NCBI GenBank assembly: GCA_036339735.1
Contig: JAYZAL010000038.1
Location: 64,001 to 128,000 of the forward strand
Direction: 5' to 3'
Source: Candidatus Poribacteria bacterium
Lineage (GTDB): Bacteria > Poribacteria > WGA-4E > UBA9662
Length of the DNA stretch: 64,000 nucleotides
The notes under the pieces: model-generated
Told to the model about the DNA's origin: nothing
Databases searched by the model: none
Seen by the model: the letters and a program-made list of their open reading frames with translations, nothing else
In this document: positions 20,244-29,099 of the stretch, in pieces
Position numbering within the stretch: the stretch's first letter is position 1
How the letters are laid out: each line of letters opens with the position of its first letter
Translations under genes and position numbers: made by a program

Positions 20244-21059
20244 ATGTTTGAATCTAGGTCAATTGGTGCCTTTATTGGGTACCTATCTATTATTTTGATG
20301 GTTACTAGTACCTCTTTGGCATCTGTCCAAGGAACAGTACTTTTCCGAGCCGATTTTGAAAATGATAAGGGAGATAACACGCTGGCTAAGTGGAAACCAG
20401 ACAGCGATGGGCAAATTTGGGAAATTGCTGATTTTCCTGGTAGTGGTAAAGGATTACTTAATGCGAAAGAAGGTTGTGGTGTTTCAGGTAATACACCATT
20501 ACCCGGTACCGAAAATTTTAGCGACGGTATTATCCAGCTAGACATGTCTTGGCAAGATGATGATAGTTGGGGCATTATCTTCAGAAAGTCAGAAGAAAAA
20601 AAAGGTTATTTGGTTACCTTCGGTTACAATGAAACACCAGCGGTTATTGTTGCTCTTCTAGATGAAGGTTGTGGAGAGACTGGGAAGTGTAACGATCAGA
20701 CCCAATGTGAGAACAATCCCGATAAAACCTTGGGCCAGAAACCACATGGTTTGTTTGAAATCAAAGACGATGGAAAGGGTACTGGAACTCAAGACTTGAG
20801 TGTTGTTTACACTGGTGTTATAGAAGCCAAAGGGGATAGTATCAAGGTTTGGTATCATGAACGAGGTAAACCAAAGGGAGACCCAGTGATTGATATCAAG
20901 GATAACACCCACAAAAAGGGACAAGTTGGCGTCTGGCATGAAAGCCAAGGTAATTGTATGATTGATAATGTTGTAGTACGAACTTTCGATGCCGGGACAT
21001 CAGTCGACGCTGAAAGTAAGCTTGCGACTTCTTGGGCTAGGATCCGTTCGGCATACTAG
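20244..21059 (+). CDS. Secreted Cys-containing beta-sandwich protein (ConA/DUF1080-like) with conserved C-terminal tail
   Basis: AGGAG RBS, signal peptide; ADFE, WGIIFR..KGY, GQVGVWHES..IDNVVV; ends SVDAESKLATSWARIRSAY. Confidence 0.75.
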   Translation: MFESRSIGAFIGYLSIILMVTSTSLASVQGTVLFRADFENDKGDNTLAKWKPDSDGQIWEIADFPGSGKGLLNAKEGCGVSGNTPLPGTENFSDGIIQLDMSWQDDDSWGIIFRKSEEKKGYLVTFGYNETPAVIVALLDEGCGETGKCNDQTQCENNPDKTLGQKPHGLFEIKDDGKGTGTQDLSVVYTGVIEAKGDSIKVWYHERGKPKGDPVIDIKDNTHKKGQVGVWHESQGNCMIDNVVVRTFDAGTSVDAESKLATSWARIRSAY

Positions 21060-21095
21060 TTTACATACTTCTGTTGTTAATACCGGACTTAGGGA

Positions 21096-21134
21096 AAACA
21101 AAGGCCAGCAACTTAGAGTCGCTGGCCTTTGTTT
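21096..21134 (+). terminator. Rho-independent terminator
   Basis: AAACAAAGGCCAGC-N11-GCTGGCCTTTGTTT just after the stop at 21059. Confidence 0.8.
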
Positions 21135-21212
21135 AATCCCATAAATTCTGACGGAATAATGGCTAGCCTATAATTTACGTTTAAATAAATTCAATCAGAC
21201 AGGAGATTAGTT

Positions 21213-22022
21213 TTGAAGAAGCAATTTTATATGCTGTTAGTTGCATTAACTTTAGGTTCAATTTTTTCTTCCTATGCTCAAGTAGTCTTTTTTGCTGATT
21301 TTGAGTCGCAAAACAAACCCATCAATAAGGCAGGAAACTACAAAGGACCCGCCGGAACTAAATGGGAAAATTCTGACTTTTTGGCTGCTGGTGGTGGGAA
21401 AAAGGGATTGAAGCAAGCTGCAGAAGGATGTGGTATTTCTGGTAATACCAAACTACCTGGAGTTACTAAATTTACTGATGGGGTCATCCAATGCATTTTC
21501 TCATTTGGAGATGATGATGGTTTTGGTGTCACTTTTCGTAAGAAGGGTGATGATAAAGGCTACTTGGTTGCTTTTGGTTATAACGAGACAACGCAGGTAA
21601 TTATTGGTGATTATGCTAACGGTTGTTGTCCTGACCTCCAGTGCTTGGATCAATGCGGGTGTGAAAATGGTGGTAAAGAGTTGCTCGGTGTAGATCACGG
21701 TCTTGGTGGAGGTCTTCCACAAGATAATAAAACTGCGATGCTTGGTCGAGTTGAAGTACAAGGTCAAAAAATCCGAGTATGGTATAAAAAACTTGCGGAT
21801 GTTAAAGGTTTTAAAGTAGATATGCCCTCTAATAAATTAGGTAAGCCTGTTGCAGAATACAACAAAGCTAACTACCAATCGGCAGGTTCAGTTGGTATTT
21901 GGCATGAAAGCTGGGGACAAGGAATTGTCGATAGCATCTTAGTCACAGGTCCAGGGTTCTTTTCCGTGGATCCCGAGGAAAAGCTAACTACTAGTTGGGG
22001 TTTTGTCAAAGCCGCATACTAA
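21213..22022 (+). CDS. Secreted paralog of 20244..21059 with conserved C-terminal tail
   Basis: AGGAG RBS, TTG start, signal peptide; shares EGCG.SGNT.LPG, KGYLV.FGYNET, CxDQxxCEN, VG.WHES; ends SVDPEEKLTTSWGFVKAAY. Confidence 0.75.
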   Translation: MKKQFYMLLVALTLGSIFSSYAQVVFFADFESQNKPINKAGNYKGPAGTKWENSDFLAAGGGKKGLKQAAEGCGISGNTKLPGVTKFTDGVIQCIFSFGDDDGFGVTFRKKGDDKGYLVAFGYNETTQVIIGDYANGCCPDLQCLDQCGCENGGKELLGVDHGLGGGLPQDNKTAMLGRVEVQGQKIRVWYKKLADVKGFKVDMPSNKLGKPVAEYNKANYQSAGSVGIWHESWGQGIVDSILVTGPGFFSVDPEEKLTTSWGFVKAAY

Positions 22023-22047
22023 TCCAGATATTTTTCCAACAAAGGCT

Positions 22048-22085
22048 AAAGGGTTTAAGATTTTTTTATTCTTAAGCCCTTTTTT
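22048..22085 (+). terminator. Rho-independent terminator, possibly bidirectional
   Basis: AAAGGGTTTAAGA-N9-TCTTAAGCCCTTT followed by a T-run, between convergent genes. Confidence 0.65.
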
Positions 22086-22103
22086 CAGTTTGGTGGTACA
22101 AAT

Positions 22104-22868
22104 TTATTTAATAGAAAAAAGCTTGCGGAAATTTTGGCTGCTAGTTTGTCCAACTGATTCGATAGTCACTTGCCGTAACTCGGCAATTTTTGTGGCGATT
22201 TCGGTAATATAAGCAGGTTCGTTTCTCTTGCCACGTCGAAGTTGAGGTGCAAGCCAAGGGCAGTCAGTTTCGATTAAAAATGAATCTGCTGGCATAACTT
22301 TCACGACTTGTTTGAGATCTTGCGATTTTTTGTAAGTAACGGGTCCACCGATTCCAATATGAAACCCAACATCAATGACTCTGTCCATCGACTTTGTGTT
22401 TTCCGAAAAACAGTGTAAAACACCACCAGTTAGCTGGGGGCGATTTTCTAAGATAGATAGGATATCATCAAAAGCATTTCGGTTGTGGACGACTATCGGT
22501 AAGTCTAATTGTGTTGCTAAATCTAATTGCTCTTCAAAAACTCTTTTCTGCACTGATTTTGGTGAAAGATTTCTATGATAGTCAAGACCCATTTCGCCTA
22601 AAGCTACAACTTTAGGATGTTCTGCCAATAGGGCAATTTCCCTTAAGGTCTGAGGGGTAAATCTTTTTGCATCATGTGGATGAAGACCAACGGTAGCATA
22701 AATGTGGTCGTATCTATCAGCTAATTCCACGGCTAAATGGCTGGTTGAGATATCAAAGCCGACAACTAAAATGATACTTACTTGTGAATTCTTAGCTCGT
22801 TCAATTACCACAGAACGATCGGAATCAAAACGATCAAGCTGTATATGTGCGTGCGAATCAATGAACAT
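22104..22868 (-). CDS. tatD: TatD family deoxyribonuclease
   Basis: IDSHAH, GLHPH, GEMGLDY, VHNR, LHCF, ETDCPWLAP, NEP. Confidence 0.95.
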   Translation of the reverse strand: MFIDSHAHIQLDRFDSDRSVVIERAKNSQVSIILVVGFDISTSHLAVELADRYDHIYATVGLHPHDAKRFTPQTLREIALLAEHPKVVALGEMGLDYHRNLSPKSVQKRVFEEQLDLATQLDLPIVVHNRNAFDDILSILENRPQLTGGVLHCFSENTKSMDRVIDVGFHIGIGGPVTYKKSQDLKQVVKVMPADSFLIETDCPWLAPQLRRGKRNEPAYITEIATKIAELRQVTIESVGQTSSQNFRKLFSIK

Positions 22869-22873
22869 CCGGA

Positions 22874-23899
22874 TTAGGTACTGTTAGGACTACCCAGGAT
22901 GGCTGTTTTTATTCCTTGACTTTTCTTCACCTGTTCAATAGCCTCTAATCCTTCTGAAATAGGGAAACGATTTGATAGAATTGGTTCTAGTTTAATTTTC
23001 TGATCACTGATCATTTCATGTGCTTGATCTAAGCTCCAACGCGAAAATGCCCAAGAAGCCATGATTTTATGCCCCATGAAGTGAAGTTGCTCCAAATTGA
23101 GCTTGAGATACTGATCGTGTGCAGAAAGACCAAAAAAGTTTAGACATCCTCCTCGACGGACTATTTGAAATGATAGGCCGATAGCGGTTTGGTTGTTATT
23201 GGTCGCCGATATTACTGTATCTGCACCCCCATTTGTTTGTTCTAAGATTTCTTCAGTTTGTTTGGGGGTAAAGGTTGCGACCGCACCTAACCTCTCTGCC
23301 ATTTCCCTCCGTTCGGTAATCGGGTCTACGACTATTGCTTGCAGACCAAGTTGATCAACCAGTTGAGTAAAAATTAGACCAATCTGCCCGGCCCCCAAAA
23401 TAACTACGGATTGATTAAATATTGTTTCCCGCATGGCATTAATACAACAACCAAGTGGTTCCAGAAACATCAGATCAGTAGTTGATACGTTATCGGAAAC
23501 AGTAATTAGTTTACTTGTCTGAATTGCGTGCCGTGGGAATTTAAAATACTCAGCATAACCCCCATCAATATCATGTCCAATACCAACTATTTCTTGACAG
23601 TACTTATCTAAGTCTGCTCGACAATATTGGCAGTCGCCGCAGGTAATCATCGGATTCACAGAAACTTTTTGCCCGACCTTGACTGACGGATGCTTAGTTT
23701 CCACAACTCGACCCGCAACTTCATGGCCAAGAACTACTGGTGGAGAATAATCAGTCACTTCGCCTCGAATTGCGGCCAAGTCAGAAGCACAAACCCCACA
23801 CAAGTCTACCTGAATCAGAATATCGCCGTCCTCCAGTTTAGGGATCGGTTTTTCCTGAATCGAAACCCGATTAGGGCCTTCAAAAACGATTGCTTTCAT
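22874..23899 (-). CDS. Zinc-dependent alcohol/polyol dehydrogenase (MDR family)
   Basis: CGVCASD, LGHE, structural-Zn CGDCQYC...C, GAGQIG. Confidence 0.9.
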   Translation of the reverse strand: MKAIVFEGPNRVSIQEKPIPKLEDGDILIQVDLCGVCASDLAAIRGEVTDYSPPVVLGHEVAGRVVETKHPSVKVGQKVSVNPMITCGDCQYCRADLDKYCQEIVGIGHDIDGGYAEYFKFPRHAIQTSKLITVSDNVSTTDLMFLEPLGCCINAMRETIFNQSVVILGAGQIGLIFTQLVDQLGLQAIVVDPITERREMAERLGAVATFTPKQTEEILEQTNGGADTVISATNNNQTAIGLSFQIVRRGGCLNFFGLSAHDQYLKLNLEQLHFMGHKIMASWAFSRWSLDQAHEMISDQKIKLEPILSNRFPISEGLEAIEQVKKSQGIKTAILGSPNST

Positions 23900-23908
23900 G
23901 AGCTATTA

Positions 23909-25195
23909 CTACCACCTAACTGACTGAAAAGTCCAATCAGGAACGATTTTTTGCATCTCAACTGCATCGTTACGCTCAGTTAATCCGCAATCCAGATATT
24001 GCTGATGCAATTGAGCTAAGGCCTTCCGATCCAGTTCTATCCCTAACCCTGGTGAATTAGGAATAGTCAAGGCGCCATCTTCAATAGGTAACCGACCACC
24101 AATAATAACCTCTTCCGATTGCCAAGGATAATGCGTATCGCATGCGTAGGTTAGGTTAGGTATTGCAGCAGCAAGATGACCCATGGCCATCAATGAAATA
24201 CCGACATGGCTGTTAGAATGCATGGAAAGCCCAAGACCGAAAGTTTGACAAATACGCCCTAGTTCAACTGAAGCACGTAATCCACCCCAGAAGTGATGGT
24301 CACTAAGTATAATATCTTCAGATCTCAGCTTAATACTACTCGGAATCGCCTCAAATGAGGTGGTACACATATTGGTTGCCAAAGGAATTTGGACAGCTTT
24401 TCTAACCATAGCCATGTTATCTTGGCCTCGTACAGGATCTTCGTAGTATTCCAGCAAACCTTCCATCTCTCGCCCCCACTTTATGGCTGTATCAACAGCC
24501 CAAATGGCGTTAGGATCCAACCGAAGAGGCATTGCATCTCCAAAAGCTTGTCGCAAAGCCTTAATCGACTCAACTTCTATTTCTGGCTCAAAAGCACCCC
24601 CCTTGAGCTTGATAGAATCAAACCCAAATTCCTGACACATGACTTCAGCTTGCTTGACGATTCCTTTTGGATCTACTGCCTCTGCTTGTCGAGCTTTGGC
24701 CCAACCAGTGGCATTGGGGTCAATATCGAAAGCTAAGTCCCCACCAGCACCTTCATATTTGTAAAATAAGTAAGCCGAAAATGGTACCTGGTCTCTGACT
24801 CGACCACCAAGCAAATCAACAACAGGTCGACCTGTAACTTTTCCCATAACATCGAAGCAAGCAACCTCAATTGCACTGAACACATGGACTAATCGTCTTT
24901 GATCCCAAGGAGTTTCACCACGATTTTCACTTCCTTCTGGTCCAAAATAATCGACCAGCGAAGATTGAATATCGTTAAGTTGAAATGGATCTTTACCAAT
25001 GACTACCTGCCGAGCTGACTCCAGTGCTTTCAAAGTTTTATTGTTTCCTGGAACCTCACCAAGCCCATAAATTTGATCTTCTGTAATTAATTCCAGAACG
25101 ATCCGTAACGCATAAGGAGCATGAAGACCTGCGGCGTTCAGCAGAGGGGGGTCAGCTACTGCAATTGGTGTGACTTTCATATCGGTGATCAACAC
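23909..25195 (-). CDS. Glucarate dehydratase-related enolase-superfamily enzyme
   Basis: DPPLLN..GLHAP, SAYLFY, KLKGG, LDPN, EDP, ATNM, MHSNSH.GIS, DTHYPW. Confidence 0.88.
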   Translation of the reverse strand: MLITDMKVTPIAVADPPLLNAAGLHAPYALRIVLELITEDQIYGLGEVPGNNKTLKALESARQVVIGKDPFQLNDIQSSLVDYFGPEGSENRGETPWDQRRLVHVFSAIEVACFDVMGKVTGRPVVDLLGGRVRDQVPFSAYLFYKYEGAGGDLAFDIDPNATGWAKARQAEAVDPKGIVKQAEVMCQEFGFDSIKLKGGAFEPEIEVESIKALRQAFGDAMPLRLDPNAIWAVDTAIKWGREMEGLLEYYEDPVRGQDNMAMVRKAVQIPLATNMCTTSFEAIPSSIKLRSEDIILSDHHFWGGLRASVELGRICQTFGLGLSMHSNSHVGISLMAMGHLAAAIPNLTYACDTHYPWQSEEVIIGGRLPIEDGALTIPNSPGLGIELDRKALAQLHQQYLDCGLTERNDAVEMQKIVPDWTFQSVRW

Positions 25196-25226
25196 ATCTA
25201 AACTCCCTAGTATTTAAACTTCTTAA

Positions 25227-25958
25227 TTAAGTAGGCCTGAATGAATTTTTAAGATTGTGTCCCCGTACAATTTTAGCAGCCACTGCCCAACTGTAGTCGG
25301 GGTCTTCGGTTATTGCATCACGATAGGTGGGAATCCAAACCCAACGTTCTCTCTCACAAATGTGTGGATAGCTAGCATGAAGGGTTAAGTCGTGAAAAAA
25401 GACTGCATCGCCGCGAGAGAGTTCAGCTACTACCGCATCTGATTCATCAATAGCGGACGGTCGCACTCTGTGGCCAAAACCGTAATCATCGTCCACGACT
25501 CCGTCATGAACATTGACCTTTCGGTGCGATCCCGGAATTAACTTTAAGCAACCAGAATCGATATCTACATCGTCCAATGCTACCCATAGAGAAATTTTGT
25601 GTTGTCCTCCCCAGTAATGCCAATCTTGGTGCCAAGGGCTAGCAAAGTTGATCATTTCATCTTTGAACACTGCCTTGTCGCTTAAAAATTCAATGTTGGG
25701 TGCTAAAATGACTTCTAGTATGTCCAGAATACGAGCGTCTGTTATAACTTTTTGGAAGATCGAGCTGCCGACAGCTAATCCAACGTAAACTCCATGGTTA
25801 GCAACCTGTTTAGGTTGTTGACTATTAGATTTAGCTTTTTGAATAATAAACTTGCACTCGTCTTTTAATTTTTTCGCTTCATCTGGCTGGAATAGTGCTT
25901 GGACAATAACGAAACCATCCCGTTCAAAATTATGTTGAATTTGTTTAAGATTGGACAT
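25227..25958 (-). CDS. PhyH family Fe(II)/2OG dioxygenase
   Basis: RDGFVIV, WHQD, GCLKLIPGSH, GDAVFFHDLTLHAS..R. Confidence 0.9.
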   Translation of the reverse strand: MSNLKQIQHNFERDGFVIVQALFQPDEAKKLKDECKFIIQKAKSNSQQPKQVANHGVYVGLAVGSSIFQKVITDARILDILEVILAPNIEFLSDKAVFKDEMINFASPWHQDWHYWGGQHKISLWVALDDVDIDSGCLKLIPGSHRKVNVHDGVVDDDYGFGHRVRPSAIDESDAVVAELSRGDAVFFHDLTLHASYPHICERERWVWIPTYRDAITEDPDYSWAVAAKIVRGHNLKNSFRPT

Positions 25959-25980
25959 CTGAAACTAACTTCCTAGTATC

Positions 25981-27096
25981 CTAAGCCGTTTCACTTAGCA
26001 CTAACGTAGTCGATCGATCAAAGATATGAATCTTCTTTGGATCAATTTGTATCCATACTGTTTCACCTGATTTTGGTACAATCGATGGGTGAGTTCTGAC
26101 TCGAAGCAAGACAAATTTGTCAGCTGATACCTGACCCAGCACAATATCAACAATATTAGCAGATCCAAGCGGTTCTACCAAATGAACTTTAGCCTTCAAC
26201 CCGGAGGTTATTGAAGTTGTCGATAAAGAAATGTGCTCTGGTCGAATACCGAATACTAGATTTTCACTGATACTAGGTCGGATCAAGTCAAGATGGTTCC
26301 GTGTGAGTTTAATTGCGAAATTGGTGTGTTCAATTTTTAACTGCTGGCTAGCTGACTCAAAACTACAAGGAAGTAAATTCATAGCAGGATTACCCATGAA
26401 TCCAGCAACAAATAGGTTTTTCGGCCAATTATAAACATCGGTTGGCTTACCGATCTGTTGTAGTTGCCCTTTATCCATGATAGCAATTCGGTCTGCCATT
26501 GACATTGCTTCCACCTGATCATGCGTCACATAAACAGTAGTTGTTCCGAGCTGTTGCTGAAGGCTTTTGAGTTCAGATCTCATATCTACTCGTAATTTGG
26601 CATCCAGATTAGACATCGGTTCGTCCATTAAGAAGGCTTTAGGACGACGTACCATCGACCGGCCAATGGCTACCCGTTGCATTTCACCACCACTCAAAAC
26701 ACTCGGTTTTCGATCTAGAATATGTTCAATACGGAGCATCTGCGCGACATTGATTACTCTTTTCTTAATTTCAGTGGGGTCAACTTTAGCAGCTTTGAGT
26801 GGAAAAGCAATATTATTTTGTACACTCAGATGAGGATAAAGAGCGTAAAATTGAAAGACGAAGGCTATATCCCGATCCGCTGGAGCTAGTGTGTTAACAC
26901 ACCTTGATCCTATGAAGATATCACCTTCTTGCGGGTGTTCTAAGCCGGCAATTGAACGTAGAGTTGTTGTCTTCCCGCACCCCGAAGGCCCCAGCATAAC
27001 CAGAAATTCTTGATCTTCAATCTCAAAGCTAACATTGTTAATAGCAATGACGTTGCCAAATTTTTTAACTACGTTGTCGAGCCGAATTCCCGCCAT
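25981..27096 (-). CDS. Sugar ABC transporter ATP-binding protein (MalK/UgpC-like)
   Basis: GPSGCGKTT, LSGGEMQR, DEPMSNLDAKLR, YVTHDQ, C-terminal OB-fold GIRPEH. Confidence 0.95.
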   Translation of the reverse strand: MAGIRLDNVVKKFGNVIAINNVSFEIEDQEFLVMLGPSGCGKTTTLRSIAGLEHPQEGDIFIGSRCVNTLAPADRDIAFVFQFYALYPHLSVQNNIAFPLKAAKVDPTEIKKRVINVAQMLRIEHILDRKPSVLSGGEMQRVAIGRSMVRRPKAFLMDEPMSNLDAKLRVDMRSELKSLQQQLGTTTVYVTHDQVEAMSMADRIAIMDKGQLQQIGKPTDVYNWPKNLFVAGFMGNPAMNLLPCSFESASQQLKIEHTNFAIKLTRNHLDLIRPSISENLVFGIRPEHISLSTTSITSGLKAKVHLVEPLGSANIVDIVLGQVSADKFVLLRVRTHPSIVPKSGETVWIQIDPKKIHIFDRSTTLVLSETA

Positions 27097-27102
27097 TTCG
27101 AT

Positions 27103-27645
27103 TTACCGTTTGGTATTTTTCCCTCGGCCAAGCAGCGTACTAATACCTCCGACTAGTTTTTCGCCTAAGGTCAAGTTCGGTGAAGTAATAATCGGTGAGT
27201 CTTTGTTGGATGAAGATAAGTTATTGTCTGGTATTTCATACTCAGGAATGTTCTCTGGATCATACCGGTTAGTATTGAACTGTTCTAAATTAGTGATAGC
27301 TTCCTGACAACTAGGATCAATCTGCAAAGCCCGATTCCAATACTCATTAGCAGTAGAGATATCCCCTTTTTGTTGATAAATATTACCAATTTTAGCGTAT
27401 GCCTCAACTAATTCTGGGTCATTCTCAGTCGCTTCCTGAAAACATCTCAAGGCATCTTCAATCCGATCTAAATAAAGGTAGGCACTACCCAAATTATGTA
27501 GAGTTTCAGACACTTTCGGTGCTTTCTCAACAGCCAACTCCCACAGCTCGATAGCCTCGTTTTTTTTTCCTTTCTGCCAAAGTTGAATGGCTTGATCATT
27601 AAAAACAGTCGCTTGCCGAACCTGAGCGTCAGATACTTTTTCCAT
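27103..27645 (-). CDS. Tetratricopeptide-repeat protein
   Basis: About three TPRs (HNLGSAY, AKIGNIY..KGD, ALQIDP). Confidence 0.8.
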   Translation of the reverse strand: MEKVSDAQVRQATVFNDQAIQLWQKGKKNEAIELWELAVEKAPKVSETLHNLGSAYLYLDRIEDALRCFQEATENDPELVEAYAKIGNIYQQKGDISTANEYWNRALQIDPSCQEAITNLEQFNTNRYDPENIPEYEIPDNNLSSSNKDSPIITSPNLTLGEKLVGGISTLLGRGKNTKR

Positions 27646-27746
27646 CTATGTTTTCTACTACTTTTTTTGTTCAGCCAATATGGTCTAGGCCGATGAAACA
27701 CGCCGAAGATTAACATATTTAGCTAAACGCGTCAATTCAGTGTCGA

Positions 27747-29072
27747 TTAAGGAAATTGAAAGGTTTTTTGATCCGATAGCACCATCAAATCGAAGAAAGT
27801 TTCAACATCATTTCGAGTCGGATCTAGTTGCCGGATTCTATCGTGAAGGAAAGACCAACTCCGTGCATTTTGTGGTCCCAAATCAACTAATTCTTGATTA
27901 TACTGTTCGATCTGGTTTTCATTTTTTGGTGTCCGTTTCATCAGCCATTCTACAATTTGATGGTCAGTGGGCAATTTTTGGAGTTGTTGAGTAAATTCAT
28001 CGATCGAAATTTCCAGAAAATCTAATATATAACGATCGATAGCAGAATCTTTTCCGTACCAATAACCGCCGAGTGTATTGCTGTTGAAAGCTCGGCCTTT
28101 ATCGATGAGACGAGCTAAATGAACTAAACCGCCAGCATCGCGATTGTATGGGCTACGGGGTGCTCGTCGAGCTAAATCAAGAATACCAAAACTATTTTGA
28201 TCATCGTAGTCCATAAGATCGAGCCAGTTCTGAACATATTGGTTGTCAGGTGCGACGATACTCCTACGAGAGTCAAAGTTCTCCCGATTAAAATAATCCA
28301 GATAAGATTTGTCTGGTGTCGACTCGATTGCTGGTTGTAAACCAAAATGGAGAGCTTGATGATTCCATGTGGAAATCCGATCAGAGTCAGCAGCCGTATT
28401 TAATAGTATCCATTCTCCAAGTTCTAGATCATTCGGATTATCAATTGCTGTTTGTTGAAATTTCTCGTCTTCTATATCTAATAACTCCAGTAAGTACACA
28501 TCAAAGGGGGAGTACTGGCCATATTTGTAGACTCCATTTTTTTCGCAGCTACTAGCACGTGCTTTGTCTGCCATTCTAGCTATACCAAACAGTCCAGCAA
28601 CATTTCGGTCATAAGGACTACGAGGCGGACCAACCTGTAAATCAACAGGCCAAAAAGTTCCCCAATCGTCCAATTCTATGGACCCAAAAACTGTTTTGAT
28701 ATCTGTTCGGTCTGGGGCATATTTTTTGACTCGATTCTTTAGCAATTCAATGTGCCAATCATCTTCCGGCATACGATTTGTTTCTAATCGATTGAAAGCC
28801 TCTATTTCTCCAAGTGTTTTTTTTGATTGATCGATTACCCAGTGGCCGATTTCACTATCATCTTTTTGATTTACTGCTCGAGTGAAGTCTTGAGCCGAAA
28901 CACCTAAGAAACGTAGGATTCGTCTATCCAAACCAGAATCTGAGCCGTATAAATATTGGCCGATCATTTCTTCATTATGAGCCCTAGCTTTGTCAATCAT
29001 ACGAGCTACACCGACAATTCCGGCAACGGAAGAATTCGTAGGGCGCCGAGGTGGTTGTTTGGTCAAATCCAT
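27747..29072 (-). CDS. Protein of three tandem DUF5069-like domains
   Basis: Three copies of PR.P....G....AR..DK.RA.....G.Y.YG..S..D...L..L. Confidence 0.75.
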   Translation of the reverse strand: MDLTKQPPRRPTNSSVAGIVGVARMIDKARAHNEEMIGQYLYGSDSGLDRRILRFLGVSAQDFTRAVNQKDDSEIGHWVIDQSKKTLGEIEAFNRLETNRMPEDDWHIELLKNRVKKYAPDRTDIKTVFGSIELDDWGTFWPVDLQVGPPRSPYDRNVAGLFGIARMADKARASSCEKNGVYKYGQYSPFDVYLLELLDIEDEKFQQTAIDNPNDLELGEWILLNTAADSDRISTWNHQALHFGLQPAIESTPDKSYLDYFNRENFDSRRSIVAPDNQYVQNWLDLMDYDDQNSFGILDLARRAPRSPYNRDAGGLVHLARLIDKGRAFNSNTLGGYWYGKDSAIDRYILDFLEISIDEFTQQLQKLPTDHQIVEWLMKRTPKNENQIEQYNQELVDLGPQNARSWSFLHDRIRQLDPTRNDVETFFDLMVLSDQKTFQFP

Positions 29073-29099
29073 ATCTATTTTCTTGCCCGGTTAATTATT

